Program-made: the position numbers and the translations under genes
Notes under the pieces: model-generated
Told to the model about the DNA's origin: nothing
Seen by the model: only the letters and a program-made list of their open reading frames with translations
Databases searched by the model: none
Assembly (NCBI GenBank): GCA_021432655.1
Contig: MU271205.1
Location: 1 to 64,000 of the forward strand
Direction: 5' to 3'
Source of the DNA: Atractiella rhizophila
Taxonomy: Eukaryota
Length of the DNA stretch: 64,000 bases
Shown here: in pieces, positions 12,101 to 24,449 of the stretch
How the letters are laid out: each line of letters opens with the position of its first letter
Numbering within the stretch: the stretch's first letter is position 1

Positions 12101-12791
12101 GAAGAACAGACCTTTCACTAGTGTAGATTCGAGTCAGCAGCTGTTCCGGGACTCGTCCGTCTCGCACTCCATATCCTCCCTCCTTACCGCACTGTCTCAA
12201 TCCAAACCGCTCGCCCGTTCCCAAGGTTTGGAGACTGCCTCAAAGGCCTTCCTGCGTACAACACCCTTTTATCAATTTTATTCCGACCTACTGGGGATAT
12301 TCGAAGCAGTGTCCTTTGGCGACCAGGCATTTGCGAAAATGCTTATCCTGCCACTCTCTATGCGGTATCCGTCAGACTATCGTTCTCTGCTTTGGAAAGA
12401 TTACCTCCACGTCGCCCGTGATATTCGCCTTTCTGTACAGGACGCAGTGTTGGAGGATGATATCGAAGATTACCTCTTTCCCATTGAGACCAATATTCAG
12501 GTTGTAGGTGCGTATGCAAAAGGCTTACTCGGTGGGATGGTGAACGAGAAGCGAAACTCGTTTCTGTTCAACATCGCGGTGCACCATGTATCCTCCTTCA
12601 TTTGGAAGGGAGAACTGGACGGTATGAGGGCAGGGTTACTGGAGTCTCTTGAAGGATCCATACTCTCCAAAGTGCTCTCTTACAGCGTTTCCGATTCAGT
12701 TTATTTCACGAACGATCCTGCGCTCATACAGACGCGACTTTCCTCTCTATCAGAAACTACGCGGACAACCATACTTTCGAAGATGGCATAG
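9198..12791 (+). CDS. RBA50: RNA polymerase II-associated protein RPAP1/Rba50
   Basis: RPAP1 N motif ENERLLASMTEEQIEIERQQI, C motif HH...FSITSLLSVLGSEVVAQRSAAFQLAGRIL, and C-terminal FYQFYSDLLGIFEAVSFGD; single long ORF. Confidence 0.85.
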   Translation: MDGLPIRPRPGASIDEIDASFASSGRPSAKVVRPSKTPPAWAQTSPTPHQAPESLKTSPKPPSSAILLGGIVEQARSNAIPLPPTLQDSPPIPIAEKKQSRFARARAERERIASSTSSGFPASQKITIPSEPPPPPRSRGLDEPNSNQPKNDTEDLLRSVSDENERLLASMTEEQIEIERQQIAELGLSKELINMLRNRGISKSNILSSSSSTVGPESVPPAARSEATTITVSKPPVKDNLQLDDKNRKEEDEGTPEHIRRTYFPNEPDPSPSGALDWIIGSSSVSSPPRLEGEKTVDIVFGLQGNASLSSVSAQEAHAHPHSHHASDSSNPSFSITSLLSVLGSEVVAQRSAAFQLAGRILRRIRAGGYGELQPGIVEGMKKHKFEMEVVKRASVGFLLKERNQRLIGATVEALESLMGLPDIEVASMEELYTWGVENWEKELEPQVENKVVEASPAAFFAHSGAIKELHEGQYQGTITLLVLSVLSGLILRGFPIPTPPIHFLDQISTLLSVRNWQSPRNLAPSRVPLIYLHVLVSSSRASSERLLSSTTADTLLRFLAVPPWHATGVEDEAHDLGGLVLGIYERLAEYGLGCDVLRVATPVFEVFERRFVDGKNIDEERDKALFERWISLKVAWTIAAMNPHYVTPHHDIVWTQVEEMALSSFQTLKNVAPQRDCRIVAPLLRLAAYALEGLKATNADKGIVAFEQASKMLETVQGDINEIRGMSSQKIFNSKTSQECLLATKLLTGYLQLHAQLPQILGDKIDANVYSSLLRHLTTENFGALHLPILNLCVDAVQALPMIQKLPLAFILLPLLRTGHETIAVRILDSLMVVLAGSTVSPDPFVLDLQLEVPSLVHLPLIRPLMAEVLSVEPASQQAHKYSRLSTMDRQLQPYDQLLRPDWMFVGVDYLLRSRSQEPDTQIAEEVEVTRVSLVLSRMSLLAHISNGVKVDRSMLLFNIMKVYMLEKNRPFTSVDSSQQLFRDSSVSHSISSLLTALSQSKPLARSQGLETASKAFLRTTPFYQFYSDLLGIFEAVSFGDQAFAKMLILPLSMRYPSDYRSLLWKDYLHVARDIRLSVQDAVLEDDIEDYLFPIETNIQVVGAYAKGLLGGMVNEKRNSFLFNIAVHHVSSFIWKGELDGMRAGLLESLEGSILSKVLSYSVSDSVYFTNDPALIQTRLSSLSETTRTTILSKMA

Positions 12792-12819
12792 ACTTCCATG
12801 TAACAACAAGGTGACCAAA

Positions 12820-15201
12820 TCACTTCCTCCCCTTCCTCTTCTCACCTTCCTCCTTCAGCTGTTCCCAACCCTCCATCCAACCAACCTCAAACCTTTCAGT
12901 CGAGAATCCTTCTGCCTTCCCCCTCGCTCGCTCGCGCATACTTCTCCGGTCCACTTCTTCCATCTCCTCAAATATGAACAAAAGCTTTTCAGCGTACTCG
13001 CCGACAGAAGAGGCGTGGAACCCGGTCGCTTGGCCGCGGAAGGGGACGACGAGGTCGAGGAGTGGACCGCCAGAAGAGTGCACGAGTGGTATTAGGCCAG
13101 CGGCCTGTGGTAGTTGATGGTTTGTATCAATGTTTGGGGCGAATAGAGAGGGAAATGCGAACCATGAATTCTACGATGTTAATACCAAAATGTTCATCAA
13201 CCATTGTACTCAAACCCACTGACGATCTCCCAAACAGCTCCATCAGCTCTTCAACTCTGAGATTGACGTGAAACTCCACATTGTCCTTACGAGACCAGTT
13301 GTGAGTTCGACTTGAAAGTAAAAAGAATAAAGCGAACCTCGAGCTCCAGTTCACGAACGAGCAACCGTAGCTCTTCCACTCGTTTCTTGTCCTCCTCACC
13401 CCTCACGGAACCAGCCATGAAGAGTTTCACGTCCTTCCCCCGCTCTGCACTTCGATCCAAGAACTCTCTCAGAGCCAACACTTGCGTCCTATGATCTTTC
13501 TCTGGCCTACAAACTGCACTATCAGGCTCGCCACCACCCTAGAAGCTAGTAGACGATGGGGGAACAGAAGACGTACCTAAACTGAGCAACGGAGAGCACG
13601 ATTCTCTGCCTGGGCTGCGATATATCCAACCTTCCCAATCTAATAGTATCACAAGGCGGAAAGACGACTCTAGCCCTCTTTCCCCACCCCTTTCCCTCCC
13701 TTTCCTCTCCCTTCCTCCTCGGTCTCACCCTCATCTTCCTCGAAGGACTGGGCGACAGTTTCCCCTTCTCTCTGTACACGTCGCTTTCCCTCTGCAGAGG
13801 AGGGGGAGGGGGATGACCCTCGGAAATTGAGAAAGTCGTTTTTTTAGGCGGAGGAGAGGCGGGGGTAACGGCGACGAGGGGACTGGAAGGTGTGGGCGGG
13901 TGAAGGGGGCGAGTGTGTCGGAGGAGGATGTCGAGGTGACCGGCGGTCCAGGACGAGTTCGCCCAGATGTAATCGGCGAACGAGAGGACGTGAGAGTAGA
14001 GGAGGGAGAAGAGGTGGTAATATATCGACTTTGGGGTGCGGGATGACACCCGTCGAATCATGTTTGTTCTGTAGCATGAGAAGTTGGTGAGAATGAGATG
14101 TGGAGGGGAGGAACGGAACGCACGAGATGGTGGGATAGTGAACGTACGCGCCGATAGGCACGGAGGGAGCCAGGAATCTGACGATGGGAAAAGTGAATGC
14201 ATAGCCCATCGTGTCTGTCCTCGCACGTCAACAGGAAGAAAAGGGGAGGTAGGAGCAACGAACCGATGTACACGTCGGGTATGAGCAACGAAAGAGCATC
14301 AAGGGCCATCCACATGCTCCCTATGCTTTGTCCAAGCATCGTAAACCTCGGCCAACTCTTATCTTCGACCCATTTCCTCGTCGTTAATCTCGCAAAATGT
14401 ATTCTTCTCTCGTGATCAGAAAGTGGAATATCGAACCTCGTCTCCTCCTCTTAGCCTTTGCTTTCACAACGAATGAGGGATAAGGAGACGTACGAGGACG
14501 TTGGATAGAATTTCAGCTTTGGAAGCGGTATCGCCAGTGTAGACGACACAGTGAAGAGACGGGGAAGAAGAGAGTAAGACTCCAAGGGCAGCCCAGAGCA
14601 CGCGTTCTCCTCCTCCGCCAGCGTTCCTGTTGTTCCATACTGTTAGACCATCTTTATTTATTCGAACAGGTGTCTCGGCAGGATCTTCAGGGTGAGGGGG
14701 TGACTATTAGTCGATATGGTATCAAATCAAGCGATTGAGGAGGAGGAGGAGCTCTTCAACCTCTCCTCCACTCAGTGTTCATTCGACACTGCAACGTTTT
14801 GGTATTGTGTGAGAACAGATAATGAATGCTCATGCATGTGTGCACAAGTGAGGTTAGCAAGAAATTGAGGATGAGCTGCATCACGAGCATGGGATAACAG
14901 ACGTGGAGAACAATGATCCACTTTGCTGCAGAGTGTCAATACGACTTATATAAAGGGGACATTGTTGCTGAATTTGATGCGTTGACGAGTGACAGAAGTC
15001 TCTCTTATAGCCTGGAAAGGCTGAGAATAGCAAAAGAAAGGCATACGCATAAGGATGTAAGAGTCCAACCACGTCCACGCCTTCCAATCCCAACTCCTTC
15101 CTCCGCCGCCCACTTCGTACTCTCATCCATGCCCTCAGCGCTTTCAATGCTCCCAGACAAAGCAGCGAAGCCACGAGAAGCAGCAGCACCATGGCATCCA
15201 T
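12820..15201 (-). CDS. ALG11: GDP-Man:Man3GlcNAc2-PP-Dol alpha-1,2-mannosyltransferase, multi-exon
   Basis: N-terminal TM segment, HPY(A)[67 protein letters not shown]. Confidence 0.95.
14627..15046 (-). other. Oversized (420 nt) first intron of ALG11 with predicted stems
   Basis: GTATGC...CTAAC...CAG splits the HPYA|NAGGGG motif in frame. Confidence 0.8.
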
Positions 15202-15405
15202 CCACTGACACTGAAATCTCAAAATTCAACTGCCACGTGACACACGACACGATCTGTCCGCGATCAAAACAACGACGTCTTCACCAAAATTGAGTGAAGT
15301 AGCAAGGGAAGCAGCGAGCGATTAGTGGGACAAGCAGGAATATAAGTTGCAGTGGCAGTGAAATATCAAGAAGTCAGGTGAGATTTAGCAGGGAACATCA
15401 CAGCA

Positions 15406-18400
15406 ATGGGCAAGCGCGCCTGGTCCTCCGACCTCTCTACGTCGTGGCCCTCGCCAGCGCCGTCTGCATCCCTCCGCACCTCCCATCCCTCCTCCGCTTC
15501 AGCCGCCACCGCCCCATTCGCTAACGACCTCACCCATTCCGCCGTCCCCGTGCGCACCATCCACCATCCACATCCACGCCGCTCCAACTCCAACGCCAGC
15601 TCCCACTCCAACTCCAACTCCAACGCGAGTTGGCGCGAGCGAAGCAAAAGCAATGATTCACAGGATGCCAGCGGTGGTGGAGAGGCGGGTAGCATCGTCG
15701 TCAGGGAGGATGTGACGGAGGTGCAGGGAGCCCTGAAGTGGTTGAAGCCTGGCATGGCTCGTGGACAAGGGAGAGGAGTGGGAGCGGGGATGGGCGAGGA
15801 CCTCTTCAGCCCGCACAAACTCGAGAGGTTGTTTGAACCTCCGTCGCCGAAACTTCATGCGACTGCATCTCCGGATGCATCTGTATCGGGACAGAAGGAG
15901 AGAGGTGCGTCCTTCTTTCTTCCTTCATGACTTCTTCGCTTCTATCGCATGTCTTTTCATTTCATTTGCATTTTCGTTTAATTGGGTCATCGGGAACCGA
16001 GAGTGTGTTGACTTCTTTCTCCCCTGTTCAGGAAGCTCAGCAGACCCCTTCGTCTTTGGCGCGTCGACCGGAGAAAACGCATCCGAGGACCTCCTCCCCT
16101 CCTTCACTTTCGGTGGCAACCACCCCTCCGATTCTCGCACCGCCCATTCCTCCGCCAACTCCTCCCAGAACGTTCCCTCCGTCGAATCCACCTCCAAGGA
16201 GGACACTCCACTCTTACGCCGCTCCCAAAACTTACGCTCTTACATCCCCCCACCTTCTCCCTCTCCCTCTTCCTCCCCCTCAAATTCAGATCCTCACGCC
16301 CCTCCGCATTCGCAAGAGGAAGAGGAACACTTTCACGATTCAGAGTTAGGCGAGGAATTGGAGGAAGGAGAAGCGCCAAGAGCAAGCCTGTTCCACTACG
16401 ACACTCCGACGCGAGAACACCTCTCAGCTCTCTGCGAGGACCTGGACCACCTCATCTCTCTCTCCCCTCGATCCAAATTCTCCCACCTCTCTTCACTCCG
16501 CGAGCAAGAACGAGAAGATCGTTCTTGGGCAGAATCGTTCCTCTCCCCGCCACCCATCATGGCACGCTCTCTGTCTCCCGTCCCGGAAGAGGACGAGCCG
16601 AACTCATCTGTGTCTGTTGACGAAATTGGAGAAGGCGAAGGGGGGAGGGATGGAGGAGGAGAGAGGAGCGGGGTGGTGGGGAGGGTGAGTGTGGGGAGGA
16701 GTGCGAAGAGGATACGGTTGATGGATGCGAGGGAAAGAGATGAGGAGGGATGGGAGGAGGAGAGGAGGAGGAGGGAGAGGGAACGATGGGAGAGGAGGGA
16801 TGGAAGGGCGACCGTTGCTGACATCATGAAGCGGAGGAGGAGGGCGAGAAAGGTCTCGGAAGAAAGCGCGGGGTCCGACGAGAAAGTCTCTGGTTCTCCC
16901 CTTGCACAGAAGGGATTCTTCGAGGAGCAGGAGTGGATGGATGAGGAGGAGAAGGAGAATTTGAACTTGGATTTGGAGAGTGATGGTGAGAGTGAGAGGG
17001 TGACGCAGACAGTACCAGAGAAATTGAGGATGGGGAATGCGCTCATGGATAGGATAAGGGCTGGTGGGAACGTGGCTTACCATGACGATGAGGAAGACGA
17101 AGAGGAAGGCTACGAAGAATATGCAGAGTACGACGAACCAGATCGTCTCGACGTCCGCGTTGAGGGCGACGGTGTCAACAACGATGATTTTACGGATTCA
17201 GAGTTTGAAGAAGAAGCGGATGGTGGACTCTCCCTCCCTCCCCCCATTCAACCATCCTATATCGACAACAACGATGACGACTCTTGCGAAGACCCAGACT
17301 TCGCTATCCCCCCACCCGCACCCGCGTTTGTTCCGCCTCCTGCGCCACCACCATCAACCACGCCTTCCGCCCTCCTTCCGCCCATCTCCCTCCAGCGACC
17401 CGCTATCCATCCGCTTCCTCCCTCTTCCCGGCGCATCATCTCCAACGAAACCCTTTCCGGTTCCACAGGCACCCTCAAGGACGGCTCACTACCTCCTTCT
17501 TCCCGCACCTCGTCAGCCGCAGAGGTGGAGAAAACATCAAAACCTCCTTCCCTCCGCTTGGGCGAGAAAGCCCGGGAGAGCCTCAGGGAGACGTTATTCG
17601 AGAAGAGGGGGATGGGCACGCCTGGAAGCGTTGGGAGGAGACACTTTGTCCAGGTTCCAATGTCGCCCGCTACTGCGACCGGGAGGAATGGGAAGAAAAG
17701 AAGCAACAGCTCTGCCAGCGCAGGCGGCGGTACCGGTACAGGCGCAATCAATGCGCTGGGTCTCCCTGCGACTCAACCGAAATATCAGCTTGAGCCTCCT
17801 GCCACCGCTCCTGCCTTGATGATGGGACGCAGCAACTCGAGACCTTCCCTCATGACCATTGGACCTCAGGATGTGGAAGATCTGTTGAATCAATCTGAAC
17901 TGGTGGGAAAGATGGTCTTTGACCCTGTGCAGAAGAAGTGGGTGAAATCCCGCTCCGGAGGCGGTGCAGAGTCTGGCGACGAGAGCGTAGTTTCCACCAC
18001 TATCAGCGAAGAGGATCCATTCGCCGGGATCGAGAGTCTGAAGGTGTCGCCGGAGAGCTCGAAGAGGATCAGACGGGAGGTGTCACTGAGAAAAAGCATG
18101 AATGAGCTTGAGGAGAAGAGTCTGAGGAGAAGGAGCACAGAGAGTCTGAGGAGGAGCACGAGCGGAGCGGAAGGCGGATTGGTAAGGAGTAGGAATGGGA
18201 GTCTGCTTAGGGACGAAAGCGGGACCAACGTAGTTGAAGCTGATAAGGGAGCAACGGGGAGAAGTAGGACCAACGGAACTATCAGTTTTGGTGGAAAGGA
18301 CGACTTGGAGCAACAAGATTCAGGTCTGGGGACGGACGAAACTGGCACTCTTATATTCGAAATAGGACCTCAACACCAACGTGAGCTCGGATCGGCATCG

Positions 18401-20642
18401 AAGGAAACAACCGGCTTCGGGGCTCAACAACATCCAGATCTCGAATTTGATGGGGAAGAGCTAGACGACGAGGACGACGGACTAGATGTATCACCGCTTG
18501 AAATGTTTGAAGCGACTCATGGCTCTCGTGAGCCTGCTCAAGTGGATGATCCTCCTCCGCCTCAAGGAGGTCCGATAGTTAATGAAGAAGAACGAGAGGA
18601 GCAGTTGAAGCCACTGGATAACCCGAACCTCTCGGTCCAACCTCAAACTCCTGCCATTCGTGCTGTTCGTCCCAAATCAGCACTCAAGGTCTCCAATCCC
18701 ATACCAGGCACCCCGTACCCCTTTTCGGATACTGGATTTTCCCCTGAACCTCGTTCAGCTTCTACCGCCAAACAATTGCGCTCCGTCAGTTTCTCCGATG
18801 GCAAAATGTCTGGCAAGATTCGTGGTCTCAGCCTTACCTCTCCCCCATCGGGTAGCGCGTTAAAACACGAGGTTCAAGCGGATGCGTCACAGGAGGAAGA
18901 GAGAGATGTGGGTACCGACGTTGGGAGAGAGAGATCAGAAGCACCTTCCACTCGCACGCGCAAAATCGAACGAGCTCTGGAATCATTGGAAAGAGCCGGA
19001 CGAAGCTTCCCTCTCGAGCGGACGCTTTCCAATGACTCCTCCTTCGCCGCTACTCCTCGTCTCAAGCTTCGAGCGAAGAATCCATCCCGATCCGCCTCAT
19101 CCTCTGCCAACAAGACCCTCACCGTCCCTGCAAGTGGAAACAAGACCATCATGACCGACTGTTCCTTTGGCGTATCTCAGGATCGCATCATCAAGCTGTT
19201 GACAGACATTGAACCATTTGAACCGAATTGGGAGAAGCTCGTAGCAATCTCGCTCCGTGGAAAACAGGTCGATGGCGTAGTGCGATTGAAGGAGTTTTGC
19301 CCTGCGTTGGACGAAGTTGATTTGTGCGTCTTTTTTTCTCTTCTTCACAACAGGTGGTGATGATCGATGCCCACCTAGGTGTGAGAATGAACTTGAATAT
19401 CTCACTGGCATCCCGGCCACCGTTCGAACGCTTCTTCTCTCTGACAACAGCCTCACAAGCCTTACTTCATTTGGACACCTTCAATATTTGGTGCGGTTGG
19501 ATGTCAGTAATAACTCGATATCCTCTGTTGACCAGCTTTCGAAACTTCGTCATTTGCGAGAGCTCAAGGCCGATAACAACCAGATTTCCTCAGTCGACGG
19601 GCTAGATCAGATTGACGGTCTAATCAAGCTCAGTCTGAAGGGCAATTCCTTGTCCACGTTGGATTTGGATAAGAGTTTGTGGAAACGGCTCGAGCTTCTT
19701 GACGTCAGCAAGAACTCTATCGTTTCTTTGAAGGGACTGGAGAAGCTCGAAAAGCTTATCTTTCTCAATCTAGGTGCGTTTATGTCTAAATTTTTGACAA
19801 TGGATATTTATTCCCTATGCAGACAACAACCTGTTGGCCTCCTTCAATGTTTCTCAGAAAATGCCGAAGCTTCGAATCCTTCGAATATCCAACAACCGCC
19901 TCAATACCCTGCAAGTCAAATACTTTCCACACCTTCGCACACTGTTTGCAGACGAGAACTTCATCGCTACCATCGAGGGTACTTCGAGGTTGCGGAAGCT
20001 TGAGAATTTTAGCATCAAGGATCAGAAAGGTTTGGGAGACGATCAGACTTTTGATATGGATCTCACACCGTTCCGAGATGTTCGTCGATTATACATTGCT
20101 GGTGCGTTCTAATTGCTCCATTTTGCCCTGTCGCTCATGAGTGCCTAGGCAATCCACTTCCCCCATCTTCGTTCCCTCCAACCCTATTCCTCTCCCTCAC
20201 CTATATTGACCTTTCTCGGTGTCACCTCCTCAAACTTCCTTCTCTCGCCCAATCTCTCCCGAACGTCCGCCAACTCTCTCTTGGCTACAATTATCTCTCA
20301 GATCTCACCTCAGTTGCACAGCTCCCTCGTTTAAGATCCTTGTTAGTCCCCTACAATAGGCTATCAAAAGTCCGCTCTGTCGTAGATGGCATCAAGGGTA
20401 TGCAAGAGCTGGAGGTTCTAGATACGCGTGGGAACGAAGTGAGCTGGGGATTGTGGTGGAGTGGAGAGGGGGATCGAGATAAATGGAAGAGAAGTCTGAC
20501 TTCAACTTGGAGAGACAGACGGAAAGGCTGGAGGGAGATAGTGGGCAGTTTGTGTCAGGCTCTGAAGGAGTTGGATGGAGAGAAAATTAGGAGAAAGCAG
20601 GACGTAGAAGCGAGAGAGAATAGGGCCAAATCGGACGCTTGA
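15406..20642 (+). CDS. NUD1: Spindle pole body MEN/SIN scaffold Nud1/Cdc11 (C-terminal LRRs), multi-exon
   Basis: Long disordered N-terminus, MVFDPVQKKWVK, RSVSFSDG, CSFGVSQDRIIKLLTDIEPFEPNWE, then many LxxLDVSxN leucine-rich repeats. Confidence 0.82.
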
Positions 20643-21232
20643 TTTCACCTTCGTGTTTCCTTCAATTCTTGTGTTACCTCTAATCTTGGCACGTTTATCT
20701 GTCCCCTTGGTTTATCATCCATGTCTGTTCGTGTCATAACACCATGCAAAGCTTTCGGTCACTCAAGAATGATGACGCATCGTTGAGTGCTTGGTACCAC
20801 GTATACCGTTTGCTGAGATGTTTTTTAATGAGATCTGATTGAAGGTAAAGAGTATGAGAAAAAAGGTAACTCTCCTCGAGCGTCAAGGAGCCAGAACCAA
20901 AAAACATACAAGTATAGATAAAATAACAACGGGAAAGAAGAAACGAATCTGGATAAGGATACTGGCTAAGAAAGTATCCATATTTCTTATACACACCATC
21001 CATCTTCATCACTCTCTCTCGTATTAGAAACCCTATTCAAAGCAAGATAGAGAACAGATCAAGAGCTCGACTCTCTATCGAACTCTGGAAGAAATCATCA
21101 GAAACCCGAATCCAAAAGAGAGAATGGTATGTGTTGTCGGTACGCTCGTTTGGTAATAACCAGAGGTGAAGCTAAGGTATAAAGGTTTGGACTACCGCTG
21201 GATATTTTGGATCCGATGATGGTTTGAGAGAT

Positions 21233-23924
21233 TTACAGCATGAGGGAGTTGTCGAGGAGCTGAGGACGTGAGATAGCGGTCCCTTTCACGACCTGGTTTC
21301 ACAAGGTCGTCAGCCCATAGTTATAGATAAAAACGTGGTAAACTCACATGTACCCTTCGGACATCTCTGTTCTCCCTCATCTCTCCGACCGGAGCGTGGC
21401 TTCCAGCGCTCCCACTGAACCTCCACCAGCTGTTCCTCCTATCGTGATAATCGACAGATGTGCTCCTAGCGTGACCCGTAATGTTGCTTCCCCTCGTCGC
21501 CGCACCTCCCGTGCTTCCGTAGCTACTCTCCGACCTGCTGCTATGCGAACTGTTCGAGCTGTTCGTCGTGGCCGATGATCCGCTCCTCTGTAAGCTGGAC
21601 TGGTATCCTCCTCCAGGTGCCCAGCCCATGAAAGATCTCATCCTGCTATCGTGAGCCTGGCTCATATGCTGGGGTGACCCAGCGCGATCATTCTCCTCCA
21701 GCCTGATCCTCCTTCCACCCTTCTTCTTCTGAATCCTGTACGCGAAGTAGGCTCCCAGAACCAGAGCCAACCCTCCCAGAGAAGCGACAACACCAATGAC
21801 GATATTGTTCTTGTTGGATCCGCCAGAACCACCGTCACCTCCATCCTGATTCAAGCTTCCATCGCTCGAACCGCTGCCCCCATTGGGATTGGAAGCGAAG
21901 CTGCTCGTAGCATAGGTCTTCAGAGGAAGAGATTTGTCCACCTCCTGAGCGAGGGAATAAAGGATACCGGAGGGCATGTCGGGCTGTTCATAAAACTTGC
22001 TGGTGGTATCCGTGATGCTGGCCTGGAGCGTATCGGCATATTCTTGCGGGAAGTAGAAGAGATAGACAGTCTTGACGAGATACAGGTCAGACATCCTCCC
22101 AGAGAAGTTGTCAGGAACGAGAGCGTTGAGAGAGACCTGAGTAATGTTCGACGTAGTAATAGGAACAGTGGTCGTAGCCAAGGTCTGTCCTGCAGGAGAC
22201 GTACTGGTGGCAAAAGAGTTGGCGATAACATCGGGCATGAATCTGAAGATCTGCGGAGCAGAATCGGCGTTGGTGGTCATAAACTCCCAGTTGAGATCCT
22301 CGGACAAAAGGATAGCGGCGAGGAAAGTGTTATCAGGTTGCACGGGAATGTCAATCGAAGGGAGGAGTCGCTCAGGAACGTTCGAAGGTACTGTGGCAAC
22401 AGTAGTGCTTGACGAGCCCTTGGACGTTTTGCTCGCTGTGGTTCCATCATCGGTGCCAGTTGTCGTAGTGACAACCTCAGTGGGAGCAGAAGAGGTGGTA
22501 CGAGAAACCCTCGTCAAGAACAAGCTGGAGCTGGAAGCGAAGCCGAATCTAATTTCGCTATTTTAAACCAATCCCTTGCCCAAAATAAACCAGACTCACC
22601 CATCAGAACTGCTGCTAGTTATGATCTCAGTAGACGACGTATCAGTTGTGGCAGTAGTGCTGATGCCTGTGATAGAGACAGTCGATTCGCTCTCAGAGCC
22701 ACTGGTGGTTGTCACAGTGTCGCTTGACCCTGGTGTTCCTGTAGGGTTCACAGAGTTGGTCTCAGTAGCAGTAGCAGTTCCGCTATCGCTATTGGTGACA
22801 GTCCTCGTCTTCGACGTGGTCGAACTATTATCGACGCACTCTCCGGTCAACTCGTCGATGAAAGTACACTTCGACGTTGTAGACGTAGTGGAGTCGTCGG
22901 ATGTAGTGGTCGACGTCTCCCCTGGGCCGTCAGTGACAGTGGCAGTCTCAGAAGTTTTCGTCCTCGTATGACTGGACGTGGTAGAAGACCCGTCGTCACA
23001 GCCAAGGAGCCCGTCAAGGAGTCCGCAGCTCTTCGTGCTGGAGGTGGTCTGTGGATCATCGTCCTGTGTGGTGGTCTTTGTCGGCTTATCCGTCGTGGTG
23101 GACTCGCCGTTGTCGTCCGTGTTGGTAGCACTGGCCTTGGTGGTTGTCTTCGTCTGATCTGCCGACTTGGTGGAGGAAGTACTATCATCGCAGCTGCCAA
23201 GTAAACCACCCAACAAACCACAGTTCGAAGTCGAAGTTTCATCCGCAGAAGAAGTGGTGGACCCATCGTCACCCTTAGTCGTCGTCGTGGACTCAGGAGC
23301 CGGAGTCGTCTTTGTGTCGTCGGAAGTCTGAGTAGGCGTATCATCCGATTTGGTCGTGGTGGCATCATCGGATGTCGAAGTTTGGGTGCTGGAGTCCGTA
23401 GAGGAATCGGCCGCACACCCTCCTAACAGTCCACCGAGGAGCCCACAGTCCTTCGAGGTACTCGTAGAAGTGGTAGTCGCATCGTCCGCGGAGGTGCTCT
23501 GAGTCGAGGTTGAATCAGACGTTGTAGTAGACTCGTCCGCATCCTTCGTCTTGGAAGTTGTTGCATCAGTGGAAGTAGTGGAATCCGTAGAGGTAGACGA
23601 AGTTGAGTCCGCGGTAGAAGTAGTGGAACTCTTGTCGGTGGTGGTCGACTTGTCTGTCGTGGAGGAACCGGTGTCATCACCAACGAGCCCACCCACGACT
23701 TTTTGGTGGGAAAAGGCAGAAATCACCATCACCCGTTGTTCCTGTGCCACGACCGAGATGAAAAACTCACGGTCATCTAACAGACCTCTCTTCCACACCG
23801 TAGCATCTCCCCTCACCACTCGCGAACCCCTAATCTCCACGTCCCTCCCAAATCCCCTGCCAACTCTTCCTGCGGTAATTCCCTGTACTCCTAGAGAGAT
23901 GATAAAGTAAAGAGCGACGAGCAT
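21233..23924 (-). CDS. MSB2: Signalling mucin, Msb2/Hkr1 type, multi-exon
   Basis: Signal peptide, long S/T/D-rich region, HMH-like LNWEFMTTNADSAPQIFRFMP, single TM (IVIGVVASLGGLALVLGAYFAY) and C-terminal ISRPQLLDNSLML. Confidence 0.85.
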
Positions 23925-24449
23925 GCTGATTTTTTGGTTATTTTGTAAATTGTAAAGTTGATGATGTGATGTGTTTGTGTTTCAAAAGGAATGTGGTGAC
24001 TGGCCAGCCTCGTGGGTTGAAAGGATTGTGTTCCCCAGCCTGATCTAGTCGTAGGATAGGAAAGAGGGACAGTCTCCTGTTCGATTCACAGAGAGAATAT
24101 CGCTGGAAAACCGCTTCACAGGGTGTGAGTTCGTCGTTTCCTTTCTTGAGCGAACACGGTCCGGATGGCGCTAAGAACTTTCTAACAACCTAATTTCCCC
24201 GTTCCAGCGGAGTTGCTTTTGTGTCCTTGTTCTTTTCAGATTGGCGCAAATACAGAGGGAAATAATTCTTAGCACGGTGTTTTTAAATTTTATGCTAAAC
24301 TGAGGCTATGATGATGACAAACTCATGCGACATATCGACGGAACGTAAAACACATGCACAGACTCTGACACAGAAAGTATATATTGTTGGAAACCCTTCC
24401 TACTACTTCCTCCCATGTTGCATATTATCCATCTCTGGCTTCGGCGCCT

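Noticed and set aside
15925..19152. Numerous antisense and alternative-frame ORFs over NUD1 (likewise over RBA50, MSB2 and the WDR7-like gene)
   Set aside because: Shadow ORFs of GC-rich, low-complexity coding sequence.
24308..24368. Box C/D snoRNA (ATGATGA...CTGA)
   Set aside because: Short, with no terminal stem and no convincing rRNA-antisense element.
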